A DNA stretch of 64,000 bases from Bryobacteraceae bacterium (GTDB lineage Bacteria > Acidobacteriota > Terriglobia > Bryobacterales > Bryobacteraceae), in assembly GCA_035550475.1 (NCBI GenBank), contig DASZPB010000073.1, positions 76,224 through 140,223 on the forward strand, read 5' to 3'. The notes beneath the pieces are model-generated. The model saw only the letters and a program-made list of their open reading frames with translations. It ran no database searches and was not told the origin of the DNA. Position numbers and translations under genes: made by a program. This document shows positions 24,998 to 36,743 of the stretch, one piece after another. How positions within the stretch are numbered: the stretch's first letter is position 1; each line of letters starts with the position of its first letter.

Positions 24998-26748
24998 ACA
25001 TGACGGCGGCCGGAACAGTTATCGACGTGCTTCAGGAGCGATTCGGCGCAGCCGCAATCACGGCCCAAGAGACGCGTGATCAGGTGCCGACGTTCTGGTC
25101 GGCGCCCGAACAGATTCGCACGATTCTGGCGTATTTGAAAAACGAAATCGAGCGCCCGTACCCGATGCTCTACGATCTCACCGCGATCGACGAGCGTATG
25201 CGAACGCACCGTCAGGGCCAGCCTGCGGGCGATTTCACTGTGGTCTATCATTTGTTTTCCTTCGATCGCAACGAGTATCTGCGCATGAAGACGGCTCTTC
25301 CAAACGGCGCGGCTTCACTCGACAGCATCACCGGTCTCTGGCCGGCCGCCAACTGGTATGAGCGCGAGGTGTGGGACATGTTCGGCATCCGCTTTTCCGG
25401 GCATCCCCATCTGGCTCGCATTCTGATGCCGCGCACCTGGAAGGGACATCCGCTGCGCAAAGACCATCCCGCGCGCGCCACGGAAATGGAGCCGTTTCGA
25501 CTGCCGGAAGCGAAGCAGGAAGCCGAACAGGAAGCGATGCGATTCCGCCCCGAAGATTGGGGCATGCGGCGAACCCGCGACGATGCCGACCTCATCTTCC
25601 TGAACGTGGGACCCCAACACCCAGGCACGCACGGCGTGATCCGCATTGTTGTCCAGCTCGATGGCGAAGAGATTCTGGACGCCGTTCCGGAGATCGGCTT
25701 TCATCACCGCGGCGCAGAGAAGATGGGCGAGCGGCAGAGTTGGCACACCTACATCCCTTATACCGATCGCATCGATTATCTCGGCGGCGTGATGAACAAC
25801 CTGGCTTACCTGGTTGCCGTCGAGAAACTGGCCCGCATCGAAGTGCCGCCGCGCGCGCAGATGATCCGCGTAATGCTGGCTGAGTTGTTCCGCATCATTA
25901 GCCATCTGGTTTGGTACGGAACCTTCGCGCAGGACATGGGGCAGATGTCGCCTGTATTCTATGCGTTCAACGACCGCGAGCGCGCCTTCTCCATTATTGA
26001 GGCCATCTGCGGCGCGCGGATGCACCCGAATTGGTTTCGCATCGGAGGCGTGGCGCAGGACCTTCCCAAGGGTTGGGATGGAATGATTCGCGATTTCGTG
26101 AAATATCTTCCGCCGCGTCTCGCGGAGTACGACCGGACGATACTAGCGAATCGAATCTTCAAGGCGCGCACGGTGGGCGTGGGAGCGTTCACAACCGCTG
26201 AGGCGATCGAATGGGGCGCCACCGGACCGAACCTGCGCGCCTGCGGCTTCGAATGGGATTTTCGCAAAAAGCAGCCGTACTCGGGCTACGACCAGTTGGC
26301 GTTCGACATCCCTACGGGGAAACATGGGGATTGCTACGACCGCTCGCTGGTTCGCGTGGAAGAAATGCGCCAGAGCCTGCGCATCATTGAGCAGTGCGTG
26401 AACCAGATGCCGGGCGGACCGTACAAGTCCGACCACCCGCTGGCATCGCCGCCCCTGAAGGACCGCACGATGCACGACATCGAAACGCTGATCACGCACT
26501 TCCTGAGCGTGAGTTGGGGCCCCGTGCTGCCGCCCGGAGAAGCGCTGGGCGCAATTGAAGCCACGAAAGGAAACAACGGCTATTACCTCACCAGCGACGG
26601 CGCGACCTATTCCTATCGCACGCGAATCCGAACGCCGTCATTCGCGCATATGCAAATGCTGCCCATGCTCTGCCGCGGCCGCCTGGTGCCGGACTTGCTT
26701 GCCGTGCTGGGCGCTATGGACTTCGTTCTGGCGGACATTGATCGATGA
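24994..26748 (+). CDS. nuoC: NADH-quinone oxidoreductase fused subunits C and D
   Basis: A single 584-aa ORF. The N-terminal 30-kDa (NuoC) part carries [19 protein letters not shown]. The C-terminal 49-kDa (NuoD) part carries [13 protein letters not shown] and ends ...VLADIDR. The start is TTG 24994 (TTGA overlap with nuoB) or ATG 25000. Confidence 0.92.
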   Translation: MNMTAAGTVIDVLQERFGAAAITAQETRDQVPTFWSAPEQIRTILAYLKNEIERPYPMLYDLTAIDERMRTHRQGQPAGDFTVVYHLFSFDRNEYLRMKTALPNGAASLDSITGLWPAANWYEREVWDMFGIRFSGHPHLARILMPRTWKGHPLRKDHPARATEMEPFRLPEAKQEAEQEAMRFRPEDWGMRRTRDDADLIFLNVGPQHPGTHGVIRIVVQLDGEEILDAVPEIGFHHRGAEKMGERQSWHTYIPYTDRIDYLGGVMNNLAYLVAVEKLARIEVPPRAQMIRVMLAELFRIISHLVWYGTFAQDMGQMSPVFYAFNDRERAFSIIEAICGARMHPNWFRIGGVAQDLPKGWDGMIRDFVKYLPPRLAEYDRTILANRIFKARTVGVGAFTTAEAIEWGATGPNLRACGFEWDFRKKQPYSGYDQLAFDIPTGKHGDCYDRSLVRVEEMRQSLRIIEQCVNQMPGGPYKSDHPLASPPLKDRTMHDIETLITHFLSVSWGPVLPPGEALGAIEATKGNNGYYLTSDGATYSYRTRIRTPSFAHMQMLPMLCRGRLVPDLLAVLGAMDFVLADIDR

Positions 26749-26761
26749 GGAACAAACACTT

Positions 26762-27226
26762 GTGTTGACAGCGGAGGAACAGAAGGAAATCGAAGCCGAG
26801 TTCCCGCACTACCCCACGCGGGAAGCGGTCTGCATCGACGCCATGCAGATTGTGCAGAGACACCGCGGCTGGGTATCGGATGATGCCCTCCACGATATTG
26901 GCGAACTTCTCGGCATGTCGCCGGCGGATCTGGATGGAGTGGCGACGTTTTACAACCTGATCTTTCGCAAACCTGTTGGCCGGCACGTCGTGTATCTCTG
27001 CGACAGTGTGAGCTGCTGGATCATGGGCGCATCGCGGCAGGCGCAGCACCTCGCCGAACGATTGGGCGTGCGGCTCGGCGAAACTACGGCCGACGGGCGG
27101 TTCACGGTGCTGCCCATCGTCTGCCTTGGTGCTTGCGACCACGCGCCCGTCCTGATGATCGACAATGACACGCATCTGGACGTGGACGTGGAGAAGATTG
27201 ACCGCATTCTGGAGGAATACAAGTAG
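26762..27226 (+). CDS. nuoE: NADH-quinone oxidoreductase subunit E
   Basis: Thioredoxin-like 2Fe-2S subunit with GVATFYNLIFRKPVGRHVVYLCDSVSCWIMG and VCLGACDHAPVLMID. The longest ORF (from 26555) runs far into nuoCD. The likely start is GTG 26762 (GAGG 11 nt upstream) or TTG 26738, so the start is uncertain. Confidence 0.85.
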   Translation: MLTAEEQKEIEAEFPHYPTREAVCIDAMQIVQRHRGWVSDDALHDIGELLGMSPADLDGVATFYNLIFRKPVGRHVVYLCDSVSCWIMGASRQAQHLAERLGVRLGETTADGRFTVLPIVCLGACDHAPVLMIDNDTHLDVDVEKIDRILEEYK

Positions 27227-28506
27227 TGGCGACGGAGAAGCCGCTCACGCAGAACATGCGTCCCGATAGGCAGCCGCTTGATCTGCCGTCGTATGAGCGG
27301 GTAGGCGGCTACACGGCGCTGCGCAAGGCGCTCGGTGGAATGTCGCCTGCGCAGGTGACCGAAGAAGTAAAGAGCTCGAACCTGCGCGGACGCGGCGGCG
27401 CGGGCTTCCCCACGGGGTTGAAGTGGACCTTCAGCCCGACGGGCAAAGACGCGCAGCGCCCGAAGTATTTGATCGCCAATGGCGACGAAATGGAGCCCGG
27501 CACATTTAAGGACCGCTTGCTGCTGGAAGCCGATCCGCACCAGTTGATCGAAGGGATGATCCTGGCAGGCTATGCCACCGAATCCGACGTCGCTTACGTT
27601 TTCTTGCGCGGGGAATACAAACTCGCCGCGCAGCGCATGGCCCGCGCCATCGGCGAAGCCTATGCCAGCGGTTATCTGGGGAAGAACATTCTGGGTTCGA
27701 GCTACAGCATGGAAATGTACATGCACTTGAGCGCCGGCCGCTATATGTGCGGCGAAGAGACGGGTCTGCTCAACGCGCTCGAGGGCAAGCGCGCCAATCC
27801 TCGGGCCAAGCCGCCGTTCCCACCCGTCTCAGGCCTGTTCGGCAAGCCGACCATCGTGAACAACATCGAAACACTTTGCAACGTGCCGCATATTGTGAAC
27901 CGTGGCGCGGCGTGGTTCAAAAGCCTGAGCCGCACGCAGGATGCCGGCACTAAGCTATATGGCGCCAGCGGCAAGGTAAAACGCCCGGGCCTGTGGGAGT
28001 TGCCGATGGGCACGACGGTTCGTGAAATCCTGGAAGAACACGCCGGAGGGATGCAGGATGGCGTGCGGTTCCGCGGATTGCTGCCAGGCGGCGCGTCCAC
28101 TGACTTTCTCACCGAAGAGCACCTGGACGTGCCGATGGACTTCACCGCGCCGCAAAAAGTAGGCAGCCGCCTGGGCACCGGCACGATGATCGTACTCGAT
28201 GACAAGACGTGCCCGGTAGGAATGCTTTGGAATCTGGAACATTTTTTTGCGCAGGAATCTTGCGGCTGGTGCACGCCGTGCTGGAGCGGGTTGGGTTGGG
28301 CAGAGCGAATCCTGCTGGCTCTCGAAGAGGGACGCGGTGAGCCGGGCGATGTCGAAAAGCTGCAGTTCCAGACATGGTTCCTGGCGCCCGGCAATACGTT
28401 TTGTGCGCTCGCACCCGGCGCGGCCGAGCCGTTGCAGAGCGGCCTCAAATACTTCCGCGAAGATTTCGACCGGCACATCCGCGAGAAGCGCTGCCCGTGG
28501 AGATAG
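27226..28506 (+). CDS. nuoF: NADH-quinone oxidoreductase subunit F
   Basis: GRGGAGFPTGLKW is the FMN/NADH site and ESCGWCTPC the N3 cluster. GTG start with GGAGGAA 8 nt upstream. Confidence 0.95.
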   Translation: MATEKPLTQNMRPDRQPLDLPSYERVGGYTALRKALGGMSPAQVTEEVKSSNLRGRGGAGFPTGLKWTFSPTGKDAQRPKYLIANGDEMEPGTFKDRLLLEADPHQLIEGMILAGYATESDVAYVFLRGEYKLAAQRMARAIGEAYASGYLGKNILGSSYSMEMYMHLSAGRYMCGEETGLLNALEGKRANPRAKPPFPPVSGLFGKPTIVNNIETLCNVPHIVNRGAAWFKSLSRTQDAGTKLYGASGKVKRPGLWELPMGTTVREILEEHAGGMQDGVRFRGLLPGGASTDFLTEEHLDVPMDFTAPQKVGSRLGTGTMIVLDDKTCPVGMLWNLEHFFAQESCGWCTPCWSGLGWAERILLALEEGRGEPGDVEKLQFQTWFLAPGNTFCALAPGAAEPLQSGLKYFREDFDRHIREKRCPWR

Positions 28507-28507
28507 C

Positions 28508-31114
28508 ATGGCGACCGTGATCGTAGACAACCGTTCGTATCAAATGGACCCGCAGCAGAACCTGCTGCACGGTTGTCTCACGCTCGGCTTCGACCTGCCA
28601 TATTTCTGCTGGCATCCGGCGCTCGGGTCGGTGGGCGCGTGCCGCCAATGCGCGGTCAAGCAGTTCAAGGACGAGCACGATCAGCACGGCAAGCTCGTGA
28701 TGGCCTGCATGACTCCGGCTTCTGACGGTACACGCATTTCGATATACGATCCGGACGCGGTGGCTTTCCGCAAAGGCATTATCGAAGGCCTGATGCTGAA
28801 TCATCCGCATGATTGCCCGGTCTGTGATGAAGGCGGCGAGTGCCATTTGCAGGATATGACGGTGATGACCGGCCATGATTATCGCCGCTACACGTATGAC
28901 AAGCGCACCTACCGCAATCAATACCTGGGACCGTTCGTCAACCATGAGATGAACCGCTGCATCCAGTGTTACCGCTGTGTGCGCTTTTATCGGGAATATG
29001 CCGGCGGCAGCGATTTGAATAACTTCTCGCTCCGGAATCTCGTCTTCTTCGGGCGCGAACGCGATGGCGTCCTGGAAAACGAATTTGCAGGAAACCTGGT
29101 GGAGATTTGCCCCACGGGCGTCTTCACCGATGCCACTCTGAAGCGGCACTACACGCGGAAATGGGACATGCGGATGGCGCCCTCGGTCTGCGTGCACTGC
29201 GGCCTCGGCTGCAACCTCACCGTCGCCGAGCGCTACGGCACGCTGCGGCGCGTGGTGAACCGCTACAACGGCGAGGTCAACGGATACTTCCTGTGTGATC
29301 GCGGCCGCTTCGGATATGAATTCGTCAACAGCGAACATCGCCTGCGCCACCCGAGGCTCCGAGGCAACGCCATCTCGCAGCAGGACGCCGCGGCACAGTT
29401 GAAGACGCTGCGGGCCCAGAGTCGCCGCACTATTGGCATCGGCTCGCCGCGAGCTTCGGTGGAGAGCAATTTCGCATTGCGCCGTTTGGTAGGCGTCGGG
29501 AATTTCTACTCCGGTATTCCAGCCGGCGAATCCAGGCTCCTGGCCGAGATGCTCCGTATTCTGCGCAGCGGGCCTGCGCGCACACCTTCGCTGCGCGAGG
29601 TGGAACAGGCCGATGCCGTACTGGTTCTCGGAGAAGACGTTACGGCCGTGGCTCCGCGGATGGCGCTTGCGCTGAGGCAATCCGTGCGCCGCCAACCGGA
29701 GCAAGCTGCCGCGGGGCTGCACATCCCGGCATGGATGGATCAGGCAGTGCGCGAAGTGGTACAAGGCGCTACGGGACCTCTGTTCCTCGCCACGGTTCAG
29801 GCAACACGCCTCGATGATATTGCCACGCGTGCTTGGCGCGCTGCGCCGGATGACATCGCGCGGCTCGGCTTCGCCGTGGCCCACGCGCTCGATGGCGGCG
29901 CGCCGGCAGTGGAACTGGCTGCGGATGTGGCCGAGTGGGCCGGGCAGATTGCGGCGGCGTTGAAATCGGCGAAGCATCCGCTGGTGATCTCCGGTCCGTC
30001 CACTGGCAGCGTCGCCGTCTTGCAGGCCGCGGCGAACATCGCGTGGGCCCTGCCCGGCGCGAGTCTCGCATTCACTGCACCCGAGCCGAACAGTCTCGGA
30101 CTGGCTCTATTTGAAGCTGAGCCGCTCGAAGCTGGGCTTGAGAGCGAAGCGGACGTTGTCATCATTCTGGAAAACGATCTCTACCGGCGTCTCCCCAAAG
30201 ACGCAGTAGACCGCTTCCTGAGTGCCTGCCCACACGTAGTGGTTGTCGACTCGCTTGAAAACACGACTGTCGCAAAGGCAGAGCTCGTACTGCCTGCCGC
30301 TACTTTCGCCGAGAGTGATGGCACGTTTGTCAGCAGCGAAGGCCGTGCGCAGCGCTTCTTTCAAGTGCTCACCGCCGATGCCTTCACTGGCGGCAGCGAC
30401 CTTCATGAAAGCTGGCGCTGGCTCGGCGACTGGGAGGATCTTGACGAGGTGACCGGCGCAGTCGGCGGCGATCTTCCGCAACTCGCGTCGATCGTCGCGG
30501 CTGCGCCCAACGCGGCTTTCCGTATGGCCGGCGCAAAGGTTCCTCGCGAGCCTCATCGCTTCAGCGGCCGCACGGCGATGACGGCGAACCTCAGCGTGCA
30601 CGAACCCGAGCCGCCCGAAGATCGCGATGCACCGCTTTCTTTTTCGATGGAAGGGAATCCTGACCAGCCGCCCTCCCCGCTGATTCCGTTCTTCTGGTCG
30701 CCCGGCTGGAATTCCATTCAATCCGTGAACAAGTTTCAGAGCGAAATCGGAGGCCCACTTCATGGAGGAGATCCAGGCGTCCGTCTGATTGAGCCCGGCT
30801 CACAGAAGCCGTTGTACTTCGGCGATGTGCCGCCTGCCTATGAGCGGCGTGCGGGTGAGTGGTTCGTGGTGCCGCTGTATCACATCTTCGGCTCTGACGA
30901 ACTGGCACGCTTTGCGCCGGCAGTAGCGCAACTTGCGCCGGAGCCTTACGTCGCGCTGCATCCGGACGATGCAGCCCGCTTCGACGGCGAAGCCGAATTA
31001 CTCGGCGTCCGGCTTGCCGTGAAGATTGTGCCGGAACTGCCGCGCGGCGTAGCGGGCATTTATCCGAGCGATGGCTTCGCACTTCCAACCTGGAGCGGGA
31101 TCACGCCGGTATGA
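28508..31114 (+). CDS. nuoG: NADH-quinone oxidoreductase subunit G
   Basis: The 955-aa ORF is trimmed to ATG 28508 ([13 protein letters not shown]), directly after the nuoF stop. Cys clusters: [43 protein letters not shown] and CPTGVF. Confidence 0.93.
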   Translation: MATVIVDNRSYQMDPQQNLLHGCLTLGFDLPYFCWHPALGSVGACRQCAVKQFKDEHDQHGKLVMACMTPASDGTRISIYDPDAVAFRKGIIEGLMLNHPHDCPVCDEGGECHLQDMTVMTGHDYRRYTYDKRTYRNQYLGPFVNHEMNRCIQCYRCVRFYREYAGGSDLNNFSLRNLVFFGRERDGVLENEFAGNLVEICPTGVFTDATLKRHYTRKWDMRMAPSVCVHCGLGCNLTVAERYGTLRRVVNRYNGEVNGYFLCDRGRFGYEFVNSEHRLRHPRLRGNAISQQDAAAQLKTLRAQSRRTIGIGSPRASVESNFALRRLVGVGNFYSGIPAGESRLLAEMLRILRSGPARTPSLREVEQADAVLVLGEDVTAVAPRMALALRQSVRRQPEQAAAGLHIPAWMDQAVREVVQGATGPLFLATVQATRLDDIATRAWRAAPDDIARLGFAVAHALDGGAPAVELAADVAEWAGQIAAALKSAKHPLVISGPSTGSVAVLQAAANIAWALPGASLAFTAPEPNSLGLALFEAEPLEAGLESEADVVIILENDLYRRLPKDAVDRFLSACPHVVVVDSLENTTVAKAELVLPAATFAESDGTFVSSEGRAQRFFQVLTADAFTGGSDLHESWRWLGDWEDLDEVTGAVGGDLPQLASIVAAAPNAAFRMAGAKVPREPHRFSGRTAMTANLSVHEPEPPEDRDAPLSFSMEGNPDQPPSPLIPFFWSPGWNSIQSVNKFQSEIGGPLHGGDPGVRLIEPGSQKPLYFGDVPPAYERRAGEWFVVPLYHIFGSDELARFAPAVAQLAPEPYVALHPDDAARFDGEAELLGVRLAVKIVPELPRGVAGIYPSDGFALPTWSGITPV

Positions 31115-32064
31115 TCAGTCCCTATCCCATCATCAGTATTCTCGGCTATTTGTTTGTGGCGCTCACTATCGCGGCCGGATTGATCTGGGCCGAGCGGCGT
31201 CTGCTGGCGCTTTGGCAGGATCGCTACGGACCAAATCGTGTCGGCCCTTTCGGTCTGCTGCAGGTGCTGGCGGATATGATCAAGATCTTCTTCAAAGAAG
31301 ATTGGATCCCTCCCTTCGCTGACCGGCCGGTCTTTATTCTGGCGCCCGCCATCATCGTGGCGACCGTGCTGATGTCGTTCGCCGTGATTCCGGCCGCACC
31401 CGGAGTGATTGTCTCGGATCTGAACATCGGTCTGTTGTTCTTTCTGGGAATGTCTTCGCTCGGTGTCTACAGCGTGGCGCTAGCCGGCTGGGCTTCGGAC
31501 AACAAGTATTCGCTATTGGGATCGATGCGCGCTGTCGCCCAGATGTTGAGCTACGAAGTCTTCATGGGCCTTTCGCTGATGGGGGTGGTGCTGCTGGCCG
31601 GATCGTTCAATCTCACGCGCATCGTGGAGGCGCAGCGGCATCTCTGGTTCGTCGTACCGCAATTCCTTGGCTTCATTTTGTTTTTGATCGCCGGCACGGC
31701 TGAACTGCGGCGTACTCCTTTTGATTTGCCGGAGGCCGAAAGCGAACTTATCGCCGGGTACCATTCCGAGTACTCCGGCATGAAGTTCGGCATGTTCTAT
31801 GTGGGCGAGTATATGGGCGTGCTGCTGATTTCATCGCTGATCACCATTCTGTTTTTCGGAGGATGGCTGGGGCCCGTGCTGCCGCCAATCGTCTGGTTCT
31901 TTATCAAGACATTCTTCTTTATCGGGTTTTTCATCCTGGTGCGCGCCGCGTTGCCGCGGCCGCGCTTCGACCAATTGATGGCGTGGGCCTGGAAGATCAT
32001 GCTTCCGTTGGCACTGGCCAACCTGCTGGTGACCGGCGCTGTCGTGCTCGCATTCGGAAAGTGA
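31111..32064 (+). CDS. nuoH: NADH-quinone oxidoreductase subunit H
   Basis: ND1-family polytopic protein with [25 protein letters not shown] and [31 protein letters not shown] overlap with nuoG. Confidence 0.95.
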   Translation: MISPYPIISILGYLFVALTIAAGLIWAERRLLALWQDRYGPNRVGPFGLLQVLADMIKIFFKEDWIPPFADRPVFILAPAIIVATVLMSFAVIPAAPGVIVSDLNIGLLFFLGMSSLGVYSVALAGWASDNKYSLLGSMRAVAQMLSYEVFMGLSLMGVVLLAGSFNLTRIVEAQRHLWFVVPQFLGFILFLIAGTAELRRTPFDLPEAESELIAGYHSEYSGMKFGMFYVGEYMGVLLISSLITILFFGGWLGPVLPPIVWFFIKTFFFIGFFILVRAALPRPRFDQLMAWAWKIMLPLALANLLVTGAVVLAFGK

Positions 32065-32076
32065 GGAGTATGCGGA

Positions 32077-32592
32077 GTGCTTAGCATTGCTAAAACCATT
32101 TGGGGCGTGATGCTTCACATGTTTCGCCGGCGCATCACCGTGCAGTATCCGGACGAGCAGCCGTACCTGGCGCCGCGCTATCGCGGCCGCATCATTCTTT
32201 CGCGTGATCCGGATGGCGGCGAGCGCTGCGTGGCCTGCTATCTGTGCGCGGTTGCCTGCCCGGTGGATTGCATCGCCTTGCAGGCGACGGAAGACCCCAC
32301 CGGCCGGCGCTATCCCGAATTCTTCCGCATCAACTTTTCACGTTGTATCTATTGCGGCTTCTGCGAGGATGCGTGCCCCACTTACGCGATTCAGCTCACG
32401 CCGGATTTTGAAATGGCGGAGTATCAGCGCCACAACATGGTTTACGAAAAGGAAGATTTGCTGATCAACGGTCCCGGCAAGTATCCCGGTTACAACTTCT
32501 GGCGCGTCGCCGGTGTACAGATTGGCGGAAAGGACAAGGGCGAGGCCGCGCATGAGAGCCCTCCCGCGGATGTGCGCACGCTTTTGCCTTGA
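32077..32592 (+). CDS. nuoI: NADH-quinone oxidoreductase subunit I
   Basis: Two ferredoxin-type motifs, [12 protein letters not shown] and [15 protein letters not shown] start with GAGGAG 8 nt upstream. Confidence 0.95.
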   Translation: MLSIAKTIWGVMLHMFRRRITVQYPDEQPYLAPRYRGRIILSRDPDGGERCVACYLCAVACPVDCIALQATEDPTGRRYPEFFRINFSRCIYCGFCEDACPTYAIQLTPDFEMAEYQRHNMVYEKEDLLINGPGKYPGYNFWRVAGVQIGGKDKGEAAHESPPADVRTLLP

Positions 32593-32598
32593 GCCGTT

Positions 32599-33111
32599 AT
32601 GGAAATCGTCTTCTATGTTGCCGGTATAGTCGCCATTGTGGCGACGATTCTGATGCTGACGCAACGCGTCGCCGTGCACGCGCTGTTGTACCTGGTGGTC
32701 TCGTTGCTGGCGGTGGCGGTGATCTTCTACGATCTCGGCGCGCCGTTTGTCGCGGCGCTCGAAGTCATTATCTATGCCGGCGCGATCATGGTGCTTTTTG
32801 TCTTTGTAGTCATGCTGTTGAATGTGCGCATCGAAACCGCGCGCGGCGTGCGTCTGCGCAGTCCGGCGGTATGGATCGGGCCGGGCATCCTTTCCGCCAT
32901 CCTGATAGCCGAGCTCGTTTATCTCCTGGCGACCGGCGAGCCGGGTTACGCGACTGTCTCCACCATCAACCCCGAAGAAGTCGGCGTGGCACTGTTCGGG
33001 CCGTATGTCATTGGCGTGGAACTCGCCTCAATGTTGTTGCTGGCCGGATTGGTGGGTGCGTATCACCTAGGCGTTCGTAAGATCCGCGCGGGGAGAGAAT
33101 CATGGAACTGA
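32599..33111 (+). CDS. nuoJ: NADH-quinone oxidoreductase subunit J
   Basis: 170-aa ND6-like membrane protein ([27 protein letters not shown]) in the expected operon position. Confidence 0.9.
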   Translation: MEIVFYVAGIVAIVATILMLTQRVAVHALLYLVVSLLAVAVIFYDLGAPFVAALEVIIYAGAIMVLFVFVVMLLNVRIETARGVRLRSPAVWIGPGILSAILIAELVYLLATGEPGYATVSTINPEEVGVALFGPYVIGVELASMLLLAGLVGAYHLGVRKIRAGRESWN

Positions 33112-33404
33112 TCCGCTACGGGTTTCTGCTTGCCGGTATTCTGTTCGCTCTTGGATTGCTGGGCGTGTTAGTGCGGCGCAACATAGTGTTCACCCTGATG
33201 TCGCTCGAAGTGATGCTCAACGCGGCCGGGCTGGCCTTTATTGTGGCAGGCGCCCGATGGGGACAGGCCGATGGACAGGTGGTCTTCCTGTTCATCTTGG
33301 CGATGGCGGCCGCGGAAGTCTCGGTCGGGCTGGCACTGCTGGTTCGCCTCTATCACGAATACAAATCGCTCGACACCGACGGCGCGAGCCGCATGAAAGG
33401 TTGA
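33102..33404 (+). CDS. nuoK: NADH-quinone oxidoreductase subunit K
   Basis: 100-aa, 3-TM ND4L-like protein ([16 protein letters not shown]...[13 protein letters not shown]). Overlaps nuoJ by 10 nt. Confidence 0.93.
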   Translation: MELIRYGFLLAGILFALGLLGVLVRRNIVFTLMSLEVMLNAAGLAFIVAGARWGQADGQVVFLFILAMAAAEVSVGLALLVRLYHEYKSLDTDGASRMKG

Positions 33405-33405
33405 T

Positions 33406-35274
33406 GTGTTCGATCTGCTTTGGCTGGTTCCGGCTATTCCGTTTGCCGGCGCGCTGCTGCTGGCTACCCTCGGCAGCCGCATGCCGCGCAAGGCCGTGGC
33501 CGCAGTGGGCGTCTGCACGATCGCTGCTTCTGCCATCGTATCGATACTGATCGCCGTCGCCTTCCTCGCTGCGCCACCGCCCGGCGGCGCCTACACGCAG
33601 GTACTCTGGACCTGGATTGACGTTGGAAGCTTCAACCCTCGAATCGCTTTCTATCTCGACGCGCTTTCGCTCGTCATGATGGTCGTAGTCACCTTCGTCA
33701 GTTTCCTCATCCATCTCTACTCCGCCGAATTCATGGAGGGCGATGAAGGTTACTCGCGCTTCTTCGCGTACATGAATCTGTTTGTCGCCTCCATGGTCAC
33801 GCTGCTCCTGGCGGACAATCTGCTGTTGCTCTATCTGGGATGGGAAGGCGTTGGCCTGTGCAGCTACCTGCTGATCGGTTTCTGGTATCAGGACCCGGTG
33901 AATGGCCGCGCCGCGCGCAAAGCCTTCATCGTCACGCGGGCCGGCGATACCGCCATGGCGATCGGCCTGTTTCTGATCTATCACAGCCTCGGCACACTGG
34001 GCATCCAGGATTTGATGCAGCGCGCGATCGCACAGTGGGGGGTGGGCTCTTCCTACGCTATCGCCGCGGCTGCGCTGCTGTTGGGAGGAGCGGTCGGCAA
34101 GTCCGCGCAACTGCCGCTGCAGACATGGCTGCCCGACGCCATGGCGGGGCCTACGCCCACCAGCGCATTGATTCACGCCGCCACGATGGTTACGGCAGGC
34201 GTGTACCTGATTGCGCGCACGCATGTGCTGTTCGAACTGGCTCCGCCGGTGCAACTGGCTGTGGCGATTGTCGGCGCGGCCACGCTCCTGCTAGCCGGAT
34301 GCAGCGCGCTCACTCAGTGGGATATCAAGCGTGTTCTGGCCTACTCCACCATCAGCCAGATTGGCTACATGTTCCTGGCGCTTGGTGTGGGAGCGTGGAG
34401 CGCCGCCATCTTCCACTTCATGACACATGCGTTCTTCAAGGCGCTGCTGTTTCTTTCCGCGGGCATCATCATCGAGGCGCTGCATCACGAGCACAATATC
34501 TTCCACATGGGTGGTCTGCGACGTCAATTGCCCGTCGCCTTCTGGACGTTCCTTGCCGGCGGCTGCGCGCTCGCGGGCCTTCCGCTGATCACAGCGGGTT
34601 ATTACAGCAAAGATCTCATTCTCTGGCATGCCTGGAACTCGCCCGCCGGAAGCGTGGTGTTGTGGGCCGCTGGTGTTGTCGGTGTCGTGCTGACTTCGCT
34701 CTATACGTTCCGGGTCATCTTTCTGGTGTTCTTTGGTGACGTTCGAACGCCGGTCAGCAAGCGGCCTGGCTTGCCTATACGCATCCCTGTCTGGATTCTG
34801 GCGATCCTCTCGATCATCGGCGGCTACGCCGGGCCTCCGCTGCTCACGTTTTTGAAAACCGCGCTGCCAGCGGCGCTCGAAAGCAGAGCCGGCGCATTGA
34901 CGGAAACGGGTTCAAGCGCGGTGACGGCCCTCGCCTTTCTGACCGGCTTCGGGCTGGCATGGCTCTTCTTCCTGAGCAAGCCGGCACGGGCAACGGCAGT
35001 GGCTGCGAATCCAGTGGGCAGCGTGCTGCATCGTTTCTGGTTTGCCGACTGGGGATTTGACTGGCTCTACGATCACCTGTTTGTGCAGCCGGTGCTCTGG
35101 ATCGCGCGCGTCAATCGCGGCGACTTCGTCGATGCTTTCTATACCGGGCTGTCGCGCCTCATCGAATGGACGTGGCGCATCCTGCGCCTCACCGAGAACG
35201 GGCAATTGCGCTGGTACGCCGCCGGGATCGCAGTGGGCTCAGTGGTGTTCGTGGCAATCGTGAGCTTTTTATGA
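33406..35274 (+). CDS. nuoL: NADH-quinone oxidoreductase subunit L
   Basis: 622-aa ND5-family antiporter-like subunit (LYLGWEGVGLCSYLLIGFW, GKSAQLPLQTWLPDAMAGPTP, SQIGYMFLALG). GTG start. Confidence 0.95.
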   Translation: MFDLLWLVPAIPFAGALLLATLGSRMPRKAVAAVGVCTIAASAIVSILIAVAFLAAPPPGGAYTQVLWTWIDVGSFNPRIAFYLDALSLVMMVVVTFVSFLIHLYSAEFMEGDEGYSRFFAYMNLFVASMVTLLLADNLLLLYLGWEGVGLCSYLLIGFWYQDPVNGRAARKAFIVTRAGDTAMAIGLFLIYHSLGTLGIQDLMQRAIAQWGVGSSYAIAAAALLLGGAVGKSAQLPLQTWLPDAMAGPTPTSALIHAATMVTAGVYLIARTHVLFELAPPVQLAVAIVGAATLLLAGCSALTQWDIKRVLAYSTISQIGYMFLALGVGAWSAAIFHFMTHAFFKALLFLSAGIIIEALHHEHNIFHMGGLRRQLPVAFWTFLAGGCALAGLPLITAGYYSKDLILWHAWNSPAGSVVLWAAGVVGVVLTSLYTFRVIFLVFFGDVRTPVSKRPGLPIRIPVWILAILSIIGGYAGPPLLTFLKTALPAALESRAGALTETGSSAVTALAFLTGFGLAWLFFLSKPARATAVAANPVGSVLHRFWFADWGFDWLYDHLFVQPVLWIARVNRGDFVDAFYTGLSRLIEWTWRILRLTENGQLRWYAAGIAVGSVVFVAIVSFL

Positions 35275-36743
35275 TTCTGTTCTGGCTCATCGTGATTCCG
35301 TTGGTTGCCGGCATCCTCGCCTGGGTGGCCGGACACCATCGCCCGTTAGCCGCGCGCTGGATCGCGCTGATCGCTGTCTCGCTCGACTTTGCCCTCACCC
35401 TCTCGCTCTGGGCCCGCAACTTCCACGGCGGCTGGCACACATGGTTTGAGCAATTGGACTGGGCCTGGATTCCCAGCTTCGGCATTCACTTCCATCTGGC
35501 CATCGATGGTCTCAGCCTCTTGCTACTGTTGCTCACCTTCTTCCTGGGCATTCTTTCCGTGCTGGCCTCATGGACCGAAATCACCGAAGCCACCGGTTTC
35601 TTTCATCTCAACCTGCTCTGGATTCTGGCGGGCATTGCGGGCGTTTTTTTGGCGGTCGATCTGTTCCTGTTCTACTTCGCATGGGAGCTCATGCTCGTGC
35701 CGATGTACTTTCTGATCGCCATTTGGGGCCACGAAAACCGCACGTACGCCGCCATCAAGTTTTTCATCTTCACTCAACTGAGCGGCCTGTTGATGCTGCT
35801 CGCCATTCTCGCGCTCTACTTCTTGCACCATGCCGCAACCGGCATCTACACATTCGAATATGAGCAATTGCTGAACACGCCACTCGCGCCCGGCGTCGCC
35901 ATGTGGATCATGCTCGGCTTCTTCGTCGCCTTCGCGGTGAAGCTACCGGTGGTCCTGCTGCACACCTGGCTCCCCGATGCGCATACCGAAGCGCCTACCG
36001 CTGGCAGCGTCATCCTGGCCGGGCTGCTGCTGAAGACCGGTGCGTATGGAATGCTGCGGTTCGTGCTGCCGCTGTTCCCAGATTCTGCGCATCGCTTCGC
36101 TCCCATCGCTATGGCCCTCGGCGTCGCAGGCATTCTCTACGGCGCAATCCTCGCATTCGGCCAAACCGACCTCAAACGTTTGGTGGCGTACACCAGCGTG
36201 AGTCATCTGGGATTCGTGCTGGCCGGCATCTTCGCCTGGAACGATCTCGCCTTGCAAGGCGCTGTGATGACGATGATCTGCCACGGCATCAGCACCGGAG
36301 CGCTGTTCATCCTTGTGGGTGCGCTGCAGCAACGAACGCACACCCGTGAAATGGAGCGCATGGGCGGGCTGTGGACAGTCGTTCCGCGCATGAGTGGCGC
36401 GGCCCTCTTCTTTGCTCTCGCTTCTCTCGGCCTGCCCGGCCTCGGGGATTTCGTCGGCGAGTTCCTCGTCCTGCTTGGTCTTTACCGAGTCAACATTCTA
36501 CTCGCCATCCTTGCCACGCTGGGCGTGCTGGCAGCTACTTTCTATGCGCTGCGTCTGGTGCAGCGCGCCTTCCACGGACCCGAGACGCACGGTTGGCAGA
36601 TCGCGGACCTCGTGCCGCGCGAGGGCCTGGTTATGGCAGTGATGATTCTGGCGCTCTTGTGGCTAGGCCTCTATCCCAAGCCGGTTTTGGATACGTTCCA
36701 GCCGGTGATGGCCCGCCTCGAGCAGCCGCTACCGGGGAGATGA
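35271..36743 (+). CDS. nuoM: NADH-quinone oxidoreductase subunit M
   Basis: ORF trimmed to ATG 35271 (MILFWLIVIPL), an ATGA overlap with nuoL. ND4-family motifs FFVAFAVKLPVVLLHTWLPDAHTEAPTAGSVILAG. Confidence 0.93.
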   Translation: MILFWLIVIPLVAGILAWVAGHHRPLAARWIALIAVSLDFALTLSLWARNFHGGWHTWFEQLDWAWIPSFGIHFHLAIDGLSLLLLLLTFFLGILSVLASWTEITEATGFFHLNLLWILAGIAGVFLAVDLFLFYFAWELMLVPMYFLIAIWGHENRTYAAIKFFIFTQLSGLLMLLAILALYFLHHAATGIYTFEYEQLLNTPLAPGVAMWIMLGFFVAFAVKLPVVLLHTWLPDAHTEAPTAGSVILAGLLLKTGAYGMLRFVLPLFPDSAHRFAPIAMALGVAGILYGAILAFGQTDLKRLVAYTSVSHLGFVLAGIFAWNDLALQGAVMTMICHGISTGALFILVGALQQRTHTREMERMGGLWTVVPRMSGAALFFALASLGLPGLGDFVGEFLVLLGLYRVNILLAILATLGVLAATFYALRLVQRAFHGPETHGWQIADLVPREGLVMAVMILALLWLGLYPKPVLDTFQPVMARLEQPLPGR

